From Centroscyllium fabricii (Eukaryota), in the NCBI GenBank assembly GCA_051313645.2, contig JBNRSN020000025.1:79174001-79238000 (forward strand): DNA of 64,000 nucleotides. Direction: 5' to 3'. A program made the position numbers and the translations under genes. Below are positions 24,161-37,074 of the stretch, in pieces (position 1 is the first letter of the stretch; each line of letters begins with the position of its first letter). The notes below the pieces were generated by a model, which was not told the DNA's origin, did no database searches, and was given only the letters and a program-made list of their open reading frames with translations.

Positions 24161-27100
24161 TGACGTATCGTCAATTTACTCAATAAAGTCAAAGACGAGT
24201 AGTGACCTTAAACTACAGGCTTTTATTGACTTACTTTGGAGCTATACTCCGAACGAACAAACAGGAACAGAATGAGTGAGCCCGGTCAGTCCTCACCTAT
24301 AAAGGGCCTCACCTGGGGAAGGAGTTAGAGGTGTGGCTGACCTGGCTCCACGACAGTGTTGCAACATGGTTATCTTATACAGGCAATATTGGCAACAATA
24401 TTGTAGTGGTAAACTATGTACAATTACGGTTTCCACATTCACCCCTTCTTGAAAATTTAAGTCCGGCGGGGTGAATTGACAGAGCAGGTCATTATTAGTT
24501 TGTCCGGCGGTCGCATCTGTCTGGAGGACCGCCGGGGCTCGGGCAGAAGTTTGTTATGGTCCGTCCCGCTCGGGTCCGGTGGTGGTGACAGTGGCGCTGG
24601 TGCCGAAACTTCAGATGCTGGTGGTATCGGTTGATCCGAGCCATCGGAATGGTGCTCTTGGGCTGGCCACGGCTGGGGCTCTGGATACCTCGGTGGCCAC
24701 TGTAGGTGCAGGGGGTGTTCGAGATACCGTGGCTGGGCAGGCTGCTGCCCGACCAGTGGCTCTGCTGTGGTGCTCCCGGCGGGCGCTAGGTCCCTGATGG
24801 AGACGGTGGCCTCGCGCCCGTCCGGGAACTGCACGTAGGCATATTGTGGATTAGCATGCAGGAGCTGCACCTTGTCCACCAGGGGGTCGGTCTTGTGGCC
24901 ACGGACGTGCTTTCTAAGGAAGACCGGCCCCGGTGTCGTGAGCCATGGAGGAAGAGCTGTCCCCGAAGTCGACTTCCTGGGAAAGGAAAACATTAAGTCA
25001 TGAGGGGTGGCGTTGGTGGCCATACATAACAGAGAGCGTATCGAATGCAGCGCGTCTGGGAGGACTGCCTGCCAATGGGACACTGGAAGGCCTCTGGACT
25101 TCAGAGCCAGGGTGACCGCCTTCCAGATGATCCCATTCTCCCTTTCTACCTGGCCGTTCCCCCGGAGGTTATAACTGGTCGTTCTGCTCGAGGCAACCCC
25201 TTTCTGGAGCAGAAACTGACGCAGTTCATCGCTCATGAACGATGACCCCCGGTCGCTATGAATGTAGCTGGGGAGACCGAAAATGGCGAACAGCGTGGTG
25301 AAGTGTTTTATCACCGTTGCGCTCGTCATATCTGGGCAGGGGAAGGCGAAGGGGAAGCGGGAGAACTCATCTACGACCGTGAGGAAGTATGAGTTACGGT
25401 CGATGGTGGGGAGGGGGCCTTTGAAGTCCACGCTTAGACATTCAAAGGGGCGGGTGGCCTTAATGAGGTGCGCCGTGTCTGGGCGGAAAAATTGGGGTTT
25501 GCACTTGGCGCAAACAGGGCACTCTCGGGTCATCGCCTTGATCTCCGTGATGGAGTAGGGGAGGCTACGGGATCTAACGAAGTGGGCGAGTCTGGTAACA
25601 CCCGGGTGACAGAGGCGATCGTGGAGATCCTTCAGCCGGTCTAGCTGGGCACTGGCGCACGTTCCCCTGGACAGTGCGTCCGGGGGTTCATTGAGTTTAC
25701 CTGGTCGGTAAAGAATGTCGTACTCGTAAGTTGAGAGCTCGATCCGCCACCGCAGGATCTTATCATTCTTGATCTTACCCTTTTGTTTATTATTAAACAT
25801 AAACACCACCGACCGTTGGTCGGTGAGTAGGGTAAAACGCTTACCGGCCAGGGAATGACGCCAGTAGCGCATGGCCTCCACGATGGCCTGGGCCTCCTTT
25901 TCCACTGCAGAGTGGCGAATTTCGGGTCCCTGTAAGGTGCGGGAGAAAAACGCTACGGGTCTGCCTGCCTGATTCAGGGTGGCGGCAAGGGCAAATATTC
26001 CGAAGCATCACTCTCCACCTGGAAAGGGATGGATTCATCAACGGCGTGCATGGTCGCCTTGATAATGTCTTCCTTTATCCGGGCGAATGCTGTTTGGGCT
26101 TCTACCAAGAGGGGGAAGATGGCAGCCTTGAGGAGTGGTCTAGCCTTGTCCGCGAACTGTGGGACCCATTGTGCTTAGTAGGAGAAAAATCCTAGGCATC
26201 TCCTCAAGGCTTTGGGGTTGTGAGGAAGGGGTAGTTCCTGTAAGGGGCGCATACGCTGTGGGTCGGGGCCGAGGACCCCATTCTCCACCATGTATCCGAG
26301 GATGGCGAGCCGGTCTGTATTAAAGACACATTTGTCTTTGTTATACGTAAGGTCCAGCCTTTCCGCCGTGTCAAGGAATTTGGCCAGATTGGCATCGTGG
26401 TCCTGCTGGTCATGGCCGCAGATAGTCACGTTGTCCAGGTAAGGGAAGGTGGCCCACAACCCGTTCTGGTCAACCATGCGGTCCATCTCCCGTTGGAACA
26501 CTGACACTCCGTTGGTCACGCCGAAGGGGACCCGGAGGAAATGGTAGAGCCGACCGTTCGCCTCGAAGGCGGTGTACGGGCGGTCGGCTTTCCGGATCGG
26601 GAGTTGGTGATACGCCGACTTAAGGTCAATCGTGGAGAACACCTTATATTGGGCGATCTGGTTGACCATGTCCGAGATGCGGGGGAGGGGGTAGGCGTCG
26701 AGCCCGGTGTAGTGGTTAATAGTCTGGCTGGAATCAATAACCAGCCGCTGTTTCTCGCCAGTCTTCACCACTCCTACCTGGGCCCGCCAGGGGCTGGTGC
26801 TGGCTTCAATTATCCCCTCCTTCAGCATACGCCCGACCTCCGACCTGATAAATGTACGATCCCCCACACTGTACCGCCGACTCTTAGTAGCAATAGGCTT
26901 GCAGTTGGGGTCGAGATTGGCGAACAGTGACGGGGGGTCGATTTTCAGGGTGGAGAGGCCGCAGGCCGGGCTCCGCTTTGGGAAGGGACTGTCCCGGCTA
27001 CTGACGGTGAGGGGGGGCAGGGTCCCGCCGAACTCAATTGTCACGCTCTTGAGGTGGCACTGGAAATCCAGACCTAGTAAGGCTGGGGCGCAGAACTGCT

Positions 27101-28996
27101 TGAGGGTGTACAACTTAAAGTTACGGTACACACAACCCTTGACTGTGTGCGTGACGGAGCAGTAGCCGGTGACGTCCGCGGTGTGGGACTGTGAAGCAAG
27201 GGAGACTTGGTAGCGCGTGGGCAGGATCTGCAGTCCGTAGCGCTGCGCTGAATCGGGGTGGATGAAGCTCTCTGTGCTTCCAGTGTCGAACAGGCAATTA
27301 GTAATATGGCCGTTGATTTTGATCGGCATGATCGAGTTCGATAGGGTGTGTGGCCTAGCCTGGTCGACTATAGGTATGGCTGAGGCCGAAGTGTGCATTT
27401 GTGTGTGGGGGCCCCCTGCTGGTTGGGGCTCTACACAAGATGGCGGCGCCCGTGGTTCACACATGGCGGGGCGCTGGAGACAAGATGGCGGTGCGGAGGG
27501 GTCGCACATGGCGGGCCGCTGGAGACAAGATGGCGGCACCGGGGTGTCGCACATGGCGGGCCGCTGGAGACAAGATGGTGGCGCCCGTGGTTCGCACGCG
27601 GCTGACCGCTGTGAGCGCGCTGGTGGCGCCCGTGGTTCGCACGCAGCGGGCTGCGGTGGCTGGGTTGGCGGTGCCCGTGGTTCGCACGCAGCGAGCCGCA
27701 GTGGTTGGGTTGGCGGTGCCCGTGGTTCGCACGCAGCGGGCCGCGCTGGGTGTGCTGCTGGCGTTGGGGGGTCATGCTTGGCCGGCCGTGGCTGAGCTTG
27801 GCGTGCCGTGGGTGCAGCCGGCCTTTGCCGCATCAGGGTGGGAGATGGGGGCGCTTTTCTTCTACCCCCGGACCGTCGCTGGATCGCGCTGCTATTGCAG
27901 CTTACCTGAGGCCTGGCGGAGCTTTCACAGGCTGCGCTGTTGTACCTGGAGTTGGGCGCTGCTGGTGCTGATCTGCAGGTCTTCGCATAGTGTCCCCTTT
28001 TGGAGCACCTTTCACAGGTCGCGGTCTTCGCTGGGCATCTCGCCCGTGGATGCAGTCCCTGGCCGCAGAAGTAGCACCGTCTGTCCGCCTGTGCCTTTGT
28101 GGCTGTCGCTGCCATCGTGGGGGTCTCGTCCCATTGTGGTGCTGCCCAGGCCTGGGCCCGTTGTGGCGCGGCCCACGCGTTGTATACCTGCGGGTTTGAG
28201 CCGCTGTACGCCTGCAGCTTGTTGCGTGCCCCTTCTACCGAGTTCGATATGGAGATCGCCTCCTCTAAGGTTAAAGAGTCTCAAGCAGCCGCTGGCGGGC
28301 CTCAACACACCTTAGGCCTGTTACGTAGGCATCACGGACGAGGAGATTCGCCTCCTCCTCTGCTGTCCGTGGTTGGCAGCCACAGACCCGTACCTGGGCA
28401 TGGAGTGCTTGCTCGAATTGTTCATTCGACTCACCCGGTAGTTGTGGTCTGGTCGCGAGCACATGTCTGGCGTAGACCGAGTGGACCGGGCGCTCGTAGC
28501 ATTTCCGCAGTTTTTCCACTGCCACTGGGTAGGTTTTGGCGTCTCGGATGAGGGAGAATACTCGGCTGGAGATCCTAGACCGGAGAACTTGTAGTTTGTT
28601 CCCGTCGGTTGTAGCCTTGGCGGCGTCCATGTAGGCCTCCAGGAGACCGAACCAGTGTTCGAACGTGGTGGCGGCGGCTGGGCCCTGTGGACTGGTGTCC
28701 AGCTTCTCTGGCTTTACCGCGCCGTATCGTCAATTTACTCAATAAAGTCAAAGACGAGTAGTGACCTTAAACTACAGGCTTTTATTGACTTACTTTGGAG
28801 CTATACTCCGAACGAACAAACAGGAACAAAATGAGTGAGCCCGGTCAGTCCTCACCTATAAAGGGCCTCATCTGGGGGAGGAGTTAGAGGTGTGGCTGAC
28901 CTGGCTCCACGACAGTGTTGCAACATGTTTATCTTATACAGGCAATATTGGCAACAATATTGTAGTAGTAAACTATGTACAATTACGGTTACCACA
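24161..28996 (-). mobile_element. Inner Gypsy family A provirus inserted in the outer 5' LTR
   Basis: 5-bp TSD ACCTC (24156-24160 / 28997-29001); LTRs 24161-24437 and ~28723-28996; PPT 24438-24449. Confidence 0.94.
24457..28715 (-). pseudogene. Inner element gag-pol (two CCHC knuckles, PR, RT, RH, IN), disrupted
   Basis: CYFCGQGLHPRARC and CERCSKRGHYAKTC; LFDTGST; YLDN; stop at 26175; IN ORF 24457-25905. Confidence 0.9.
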
Positions 28997-29112
28997 ACCT
29001 CATCAGGAGACCAGCTCCATTATTAGTTGCTAAATGCCTGTAGTTTAGGTAACTACTCGTCTTTGTGTGATTAATTGACGATACATCAATTTTCTTAACT
29101 CAATTTTTGAAC

Positions 29113-32100
29113 ATGGATAGCAATGCAGTGAAACCCCCACGACGGCAGCGGCGGCTGCAAAGGCGCCGGCGGGGCTCAGATGCTGCTTCTGCGGCCAAGG
29201 AAAGCACCCACGGGCGCAGTGCCCCGCGAAGAATACGACCTGCGTGCGGTGCGCGAAGAAGGGGCAATACGCTAAGGCGTGCAAATCCAGACCGGCCTCC
29301 ACCTCCAGACCCAACAGCGCGGCCTGTGAGAGCAGTGACACCACTCCGTGGCTACAGGTACGGTGTTGCAGCGCGACCCAGCAGCGGTCAGCCGGGGGTA
29401 AATCGCGGGCGCCTCCATCCCCTTTAAAAGTACGGCGGAACCCGGCCGCACGCACGGCACAGGCGCCGCCATCCTAAACGCGACGGCGACCGGCCATGTG
29501 CGACCCCCCGGCGCTGCCATCTTGCCCACAGCGGTCAGCTGCGTGCGAACCACGGGCACCGCCATCTTGTCCACAGCGGTCAGCCACGTGCGAACCACGG
29601 GTGCCGCCATCTTGTCCACAGCGGTCGGCCGCGTGCAAACCATGGGCGCCGCCATCTTGTCCACAGCGGCCAGCTGCGTGCGAACCACGGGCGCCACCAT
29701 CGTGTCCACAGCGGCCAGCCACGTGCGAACCACGGGCGCCGCCATCTTGTCCACAGCAGTCAGCCGCGTGCGAACCATGGGCGCCGCGAGCTTGTCCACA
29801 TCAGCCGGACACGTGCGAATCGCCAGCGCCGCCATCTTCTGAGCGGCCATCTTGCCAACCGCCCCGGCCGGAGCCCCAGCTAGCGGAGGGCCCCCACACA
29901 CACACATACACTTCGGCCTCAGCCACCGTCGATCAGGATAGGCAGCACAACTTGTCCAACTCCATGATGGGGATAAAGGTGGACAGGCACGTCACTAACT
30001 GCCTGTTCGACACCGGTGGCACAGAGAGCTTCAAACACCCCGACACACTGCAGCGCTACGCACTACAGACCCAGCCCACGCACTACCAAATCTCCCTTGC
30101 CTCAAAGTCCCACACGGCGGACGTCACCGGCTACTGCTCCGTCACGCTCACGGTCAGGGACTGCGTGTACCGCAATTTCAAACTGTACATCCTCCAACAG
30201 CTGTGTGCCCCAGTATTACTGGGACTGGATTTCCAGTGCCACCTGAAGAGCGTGACGATGGATTTCGGTGGAACCCTGGCCCCCCTCACCGTCAGTAGCC
30301 GGGACAACCCCAACTTAACGTGGAGCTCGACTTGCGGCCTGTGCACGTTAAAAGTCGACCCCCCCTCACTGTTCGCCAATCTCGACCCCAAATGCAAGGC
30401 CATTGCTACCAAAAGTCGGCGTTACAGCGCAGGGGACCGGGCGTTTATCAGGTCGGAGGTCGAGCGCATGCTGAAAGAAGGGATCATTGAGGCCAGCACC
30501 AGCCCCTGGCAGGCCCAGTTCGTGGTGGTTAAGACAGGCGAGAAACTGTGCATGGTCATTGACTAGAGCCAGACGATTAACCGCTACACCGGGCTCGACG
30601 CCTACCGCCTGCCCCGAATCTCGGATATGGTGAAACAGATGGACCAGTACAAGGTCTTTTCCACAATCGACCTCAAGTTTGCGTATCACCAACTCCTCAT
30701 CGGGAACTCTGACCGCCGGTAAACCGCCTTCGAGGCGAACGTCAAGCTCTACCACTTCCTCCGGGTCCCCTTCGGTGTGACCAATGGTGTGTCGGTGTTC
30801 CAGAGGGAGGTGGACCGCATGGTTGACCAGAACGGATTGCAGGCCACTTTCCCCTACCTGGACAACGTGCCCATCTGCGGCCATGACCAGCAGAACCACA
30901 ATGCCAACCTCGCCAAAATCCTACACACGGCGAAACGGCTGGACCTAACATAAAATAAAGACAAGTGTGTCTTTAGTACGGACCGGCTCACTATCCTCGG
31001 ATACGTGGTGGAAAACGGGGTCCTCGGCACCAATCCACAGCGTATGCGCCCCTTGCAAGAGCTGCCCTTACCTCACAACCCCAAAGCCCTGAGGAGATGT
31101 CTAGGGTTCTTTTCTCATTACGCGCAATGGGTCCCCCAGTACGCGGATAAGGCCAGACCTCTCCTCAAGGCCGACGTCTGCCCCCTCTCGGCAGAAGCCC
31201 AAGCGGCATTCACCCGGATCAAGGAAGACATCATCAAGGCGACCATGCACGCCGTTGATGAGTCCATCCCTTTCCAGGTGGAGAGTGATGCTTTGGACTT
31301 CGCCCTTGCCGCCACCCTGAACCAGGCAGGCAAGCCCGTAGCGTTCTTCTCCCGGGCCCTACAGGGACCCGAAACTCGCCACTCAGCGGTGGAAAAGGAG
31401 GCCCAGGCCATCGTGGAGGCAGTGCGTTACTGGCGTCATTACCTGGCTGGTAAGCGTTTTATCCTGCTCACCGACCAATGGTCGGTGGCGTTTATGTTTA
31501 ACAATAAACAACGAGGTAAAATCAAGAATGATAAGATCCTTCGGTGGTGGATCGAACTCTCGACTTACGAGTATGACATTCTTTACCGTCCAGGCAAGCT
31601 TAACGAACCCCCGGACGCACTGTCCAGGGGAACGTGCGCCGGCGCCCAGCTTGACCGGCTGCAGGCCCTCTATGATTGTCTCTGCCACCCGGGTGTCACC
31701 AGACTCACCAACTTCGTCAAATCCTGTAGCCTCCCCTACCCCATCACGGAGATTAAGGCTATGACAAAAGAGTGCCCTGTCTGTGCCGAGTGCAAACCCC
31801 AATTCTACAGGCCAGACAGGGCGCACGTCATCAAGGCCACCCGCCCCTTTGAACACCTGAGTGTGGACTTCAAAGGCCCCCTCCCCTCCAGTGACCGCAA
31901 CTCGTATTTCCTCACGGTCATTGACGAGTTCTCATGCTTCCCCTTTGCCTTCCCCTGCCCAGATATGACGAGCGCCACGGTAATTAATCACTTCACCATC
32001 CTTTTCGCCATTTTTGGTCTCCACAGCTACATCCATAGCGACCGGGGGTCATCGTTCATGAGCGACGAACTGCGTCAGTTCCTGCTTCAGAAAGGGGTTG

Positions 32101-32752
32101 CCTCAAGCAGAACGACCAGTTACAACCCCTGGGGGAACGGCTAGGTAGAAAGGGAGAACGGGACCATCTGGAAGGCGGTCAACCTGGGCCTGAAGTCCGA
32201 GGCCTTCCAGTCTCCCGTTGGCAGGAGGTCCTCCCAGACGTGCTCCATGCCATCCACTCTCTGTTGTGTACCGCCACTAACGCCACACCTCATGACCTGT
32301 TGTTTTCCTTTCCTAGGAAGTCGACTTTGGGGACAGCACTCCCGCTGTGGCTGACAGCGCAAGGGCCAGTATTGATTAGAAAGCACATCCCCGGCCACAT
32401 GACCGACCCCCTGGTGGAATGGGTGCACCTGCTCCACGCCAACCCGCAATATGCTTACGTGGCATACCCGGAGGTGCGCGTGGATACGGTCTCGATCAGT
32501 GATCTGGCGCCTGCTGGGAGCACAATGGCAGAACCCCCGGTCGAGCCTCAGCTTGACCAGCCAGCACCCACCGAATACTGGCCCCCATATACACACACAC
32601 CGGGGCCCTCAACACCACCAATCAACGATCCGCGATTGGATGCCGCACCGCTAGCATCATTGGCGGAGAGCATGTCCACAGCCTGCAACCAGCACCACCA
32701 TCACTGGCACCCCGGCGGACCCTCAGGCAGACGCGACCGCCGGAGAGACTGA
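29113..32752 (+). pseudogene. Outer element gag-pol, disrupted
   Basis: ORF pieces 29496-30566, 31005-32144 and 32240-32752 are homologous to the inner element. Confidence 0.88.
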
Positions 32753-33787
32753 TAACCAAATGTTAAAAGACTACGCTGATGTACATTTTTCACCCCAAGG
32801 CATTTTCACCCCACGGGACTTGATTTTAAAGAAGGGGTGAATGTGGTAATCATGTATATAACCACTGCATATAGTTGCCGGTTACCTGTGTAATGCTGTA
32901 GGCTAGGTCAGCCACACCCCTGATTCCTCCCCTCAGGTCGGAGTATATAGGTGAGTGCTGACCTGCCCCCACTCATTCTTCACCTTGACCTCATCAGGAG
33001 ACCAGCTCCATTCTTAGTTAATAAAAGCCTGTAGTTTAGGTAACTACTCGTTTTTGAGTGATTAATTGACGATACCTCACCTTGGTGTGCAGGTACATAG
33101 GTCCCTGAAGGCAGCAGGACAGGTGGATAAAGTGGTTAAAAAGGCATATGGGATACTTGCCTTCATTAGCCGAGGCATAGAATATAAGAGCAGGGAGGTT
33201 ATGATGGAGCTGTACAAAACGCTGGTAAGGCCACAGCTGGAGTACTGTGTGCAGTTCTGGTCGCCGCACTACAGGAAGGATGTAATAGCTTTGGAGAGGG
33301 TGCAGAGGAGATTCACCAGTATGCTGCCTGGGCTGGGGAGCTTCAGCTATGAAGAGAGACTGGATAGGCTGGGGTTGTTTTCCTTGGAGCAGAGGAGGCT
33401 GAGGGGGGACCTGATTGAGGTGTACAAAATTATAAGGGGAATAGATAGGGTGGATGGAGTGGAACTTTTTCCCTTGGTAGAGGGGTCAATAACTAGGGGG
33501 CATAATTTCAGTGTAAGGGGCAGGTGGTATCGTGGGGATGTGAGGAAGAACTTTTTCACCCAGAGGGTGGTTGGAGTCTGGAACTCACTGCCTGAAAGGG
33601 TGGTAGAGGCGGGAACCCTCACAACATTCAAGAAGCATTTGGATGAGCACTTGAAATGCCACAGCATACGAGGCTACGGACCAAATGCGGGAAAATGGGA
33701 GTAGTATAGACTGGGATTGATGGGGGCACAGATGCGATGGGCCGAAGGGCCTATTTCTGTGCTGTATTACTCTATGACTCTATGACT

Positions 33788-34737
33788 ATTTAGGAAACAC
33801 TCTGCCTTTCTGTTTTTTCTACCAAAATGGATAACTTCACATTTATCCACATTGTATTCCATCTGCCATGTTCTCGCCCACTCACTGAGCCTGTCGAGAT
33901 CCCCTTGAAGCCTCTTCACATCCTCTTCACAACTGACACTGCCACCTAGCTTTGTATCATCAGCAAATTTGGAAATGTTACATTTAGTCCCCTCATCCAA
34001 ACCATTGATATAGATTGTGTATAGCTGAGTCCCAAGCACCAATCCTTGTGGTACCCCACTAGTCACAGCCAGCCATCCTGAAAAAGACCCGTTTATCCCT
34101 ACTCTTTGTTTTCTGTCTGTTAACTAATTCTCAATCCATGCTAGTTTATTACCCCAATTCAATGCACACTAATTTTGTTCACCAACCTCTTGTGTGGGAC
34201 CTTATCGAAGGCCTTCTGAAAATCAAAATACACCACATCTACCAGTTCCCCTTTGTCCACTCCACTAGTTACATCCTCAAAGAACTCCAATAGGTTTGTC
34301 AAACAGGTTTCCCCTTTCATAAATCCATGTTGACTCTGCCCAATCTTACTATTAGTTTCTAAGTGCCCAGTTATTCCATCCTTTATAAGAGGTTCAAGCA
34401 TTTTCCCAACTACTGATGTGAGACTAACAGGTCTGTACTTCCCATTTTTTCTCTTCCTCCTTTCTTAAATAGCGGGGTTACATTTGCTATCCTCCAATCT
34501 GCAGGAACCATTCCAGAATCTATAGAATTTTGGAAGATGACAACTAATGGGTCCTCTCTCCCAATGGCCACCTCTTTCAAAATCCCAGGATGTAGGTCAT
34601 CCAGTCCTTGGGATTTATCGACTTTTAGTCCCATTAATTTTGCTAGTACTGGTTTTTTTTATAATAATAATTTCCTTAAGTTCCTCATTCTCACCACAGC
34701 CTTGCTTTTCTCATATTTCTGGGAAGGAAGCCTTGTT
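33788..34737 (-). mobile_element. CR1 LINE RT fragment
   Basis: YFDFQKAFDKVPH, GVPQG and FADDTKL in ORFs 33767-34634. Confidence 0.85.
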
Positions 34738-35553
34738 ACATAGAAACATAGAAACATAGAAGATAGGAGCAGGAGTAGGCCATTCGGCCCCTCAAGCCTG
34801 CTCCGCCATTCAATGAGATCATGGCTGATCATTCAAATTCAGTTCCCTGTCCCTGCCTTCTCCCCATATCCCTTGATGCCTTTAGCCTTAAGAAATATAT
34901 CGAACTCCTTCTTGAATATATTTAATGAATTGGCCTCAACAGCCTTCTGTGGTAGAGAATTCCACAACTGTACAGGGCATTGGTGAGACCACACCTGGAG
35001 TACTGCATACAGTTTTGGTCTCCTTATTTAAGGAAGGATATATTTGCATTGGAGGGTGTTCAGCAAAGGTTCACTGAGTTGATTCCTGAGATGAAAGGAT
35101 TGTCTTATGAGGAAAGGTTGAGCAGGTTGGGCCGATACTCATTGGAGTTTAGAAGAATGAGATGTGATCTTATTGAAACATATAAGATTCTGATGGGGCT
35201 TGATAGGGTAGATGCAGAGTTTCCCCTCATGGGGGAATCTAGAACTAGGGGGCATAGTTTCAGAGTTAAGGGGTCGTCTATTTAAGACAGAGATGAGGAG
35301 GAATTTCTTCTCTCAGAGGGTCGTGAATCTTTGGAATTCTCTACCCCAGAGAACTGTGGAGGCTGGGTCATTGAATTTATTCAAGTTTGAGATAGACAGA
35401 TATTTGAGCTACATGGGAGTCAAAGGTTATGGAGAACAGGCAGGAAAGTGGAGTTGAGGCCAAGATCAAATCAGCCGTGATCTTATTCAATGGCAGAGCA
35501 GGCTCGAGGGGCCGAATGGCCTACTCCTGCACCCTATGTTCTTATGTTCTTAT
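34738..35553. mobile_element. Two back-to-back CR1 3' ends (34738-34967 minus; 34968-35553 plus)
   Basis: Each carries the LWNSLP motif and the CR1 tail. Confidence 0.8.
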
Positions 35554-35554
35554 G

Positions 35555-35735
35555 GTCCTCATGTTGCCCTTGGCAAGCACACATGTGATCAAGCTTCCAT
35601 ATGTAAAATGATGATGCCCAACTCTCCTTCTCTACCTCCTCTGTCCACTGCCTCTCTGCTGACAGGCTGCTTCACAGATGAACCACAATTTTTTTCGCTT
35701 GACCAACGAGAAGACAGAAGCCATCAAGTTCAGCC
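35555..35735 (+). mobile_element. Highly decayed L2 LINE RT fragment
   Basis: SFHM*NDDAQL (YADD box) and MNHNFFRLTNEKTEAIKF resemble L2 RT WMxxNFLxLNxxKTE. Confidence 0.55.
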
Positions 35736-36046
35736 AGATATAATTGTCCTATTCCACTGACAGCACTTTGTGTACGTTCCTCAGGTTTGAAACCCAAGTA
35801 CTGAATTATTAGACCACTTGAGCTGAATAAACATATATAGTTTTAATTCATTAAGCAACTACTAAAACTCTAATGAACAAGCCATCCAATCTTTTTAATC
35901 TATAATGGACAGTTGTTAAAAGTACAAAATCTGCCTCACTTTATTCGAAACTCCCTAATTGTCACTGAGGAATTAATTATTTTTCTTTTTTTTAAAGCTT
36001 CTCTCTTCTGGTAGCAGCTGATCATAGTATTGGGAGAAAGAGCTTT

Positions 36047-36372
36047 ATCATAGAATCATAGAATCATAGAATCCCTACAGTGCAGATAGAGGCCATTTCG
36101 GCCCATCGAGCCTGCACCGACACATATCCCACCCTATCTCCGTAACCCCACATATTCAATCCTCCCAACACTAGGGGTCAATTTATCATGGCCAATCAAC
36201 CTAACCCGCACATCTTTGGACTGTGGGAGGAAACCGGAGCACCCGGAGGAAACCCACGCAGACACGGGGAGAATGTGCAAACTCCACACAGATAGTACCC
36301 AAGGCTGGATTTGAACTCGGGTCCCTAGCGCTGTGAGGCAACAGTGCTAACCACTATGCCACTGTGCCGCCC
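36047..36372 (-). mobile_element. Full-length tRNA-derived V-SINE (HE1-like)
   Basis: Box A TGGCATAGTGG, box B GTTCAAATCC, V-domain TGCGTGGGTTTCCTCCGGGTGCTCCGG, (ATTCTATG)n tail. Confidence 0.92.
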
Positions 36373-37074
36373 TTTAATTTATTTTCTTTATTTAAAAAAA
36401 ACATCTAAAGGAAAATAACTGATTCAAGCTTGTTTTACGGGCCATAGGATCACTCCAGTCCCAGTCTGTCAAGAGAGATTTTTTTTATAAGTAAAAAAAC
36501 TGACATAATTCAATTTGTTTAAAAAAAATGCCATTTTAAAAAATAGAATTGCTTGAGTGTTTTATGAAAAAATACCTCTGGATTTAAGTTACTTTACTTT
36601 CATCTACTGCCTGATGGGGATTAATATACACCATGGATATAACGTTAATCATATTTCTTTCCAATTTCCTCCAGTCTCCTTTCTTTAAATTCAGATTCCC
36701 TTTGGCCTAGTTTGCCTGTTATCCACTCCGTCTCTCCTGTCATTATTAACCCATTCTCTGGACCTCTACTCACGCATTCCATTCCATATTAAACTTCATC
36801 CATTCAGTTCTGGTCCAGACCAGTTGATCCACCCTCTCCCTGTGCTCCTACTGCTCTGCCCGACTATGGCTCTCTGCTTCAGGTCCTTTTGGCACTCTAG
36901 GATTTCCTTTCTGTGTTTTGGCACCTTTTTCTCCATGGTTGTTCTCTCATTCTCTCCTGAAAGCTTGGGGCATAACCAGCATTGTCCAAAGGCTGGCTCC
37001 TCGATTACAGCATTATAATTAAAACAAATGATCCATCTAGATCTTCCTCCTATCAGACATTGACAGCTGCCACC

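Larger units (their letters stand above)
24010..33079 (+). mobile_element. Outer Gypsy family A provirus (defective)
   Basis: 5-bp TSD CCTTG; 5' LTR 24010-24160 + 29002-29088; PPT AGAAGGGGTGAA; 3' LTR 32842-33079; gag deletion; PR (LFDTGGT), RT, RH and IN with stops. Confidence 0.93.
22607..33787 (+). mobile_element. CR1/HER1-like LINE ORF2 plus tail, split by the Gypsy insertion 24010-33079
   Basis: RT motifs NYRPVSLTS, YMDFSKAFD, GVPQGSVLGP, FADD (22860-24009) resume at DLGVQVH (33080) and end in (ACTCTATG)n. Confidence 0.93.

Noticed and set aside
27262-28551. Long antisense ORFs over gag-pol (also 29272-29907, 18176-18841)
   Set aside because: Expected shadows of GC-rich coding sequence and repeats; no independent motifs.
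29496-29850. Regular 45-bp repeats resembling a CRISPR array
   Set aside because: Contiguous in-frame tandem units without unique spacers or cas genes, in a vertebrate retrotransposon.
35650-35790. Apparent exon (acceptor at 35664, donor ~35785)
   Set aside because: Translation matches decayed L2 RT motifs and contains stops.
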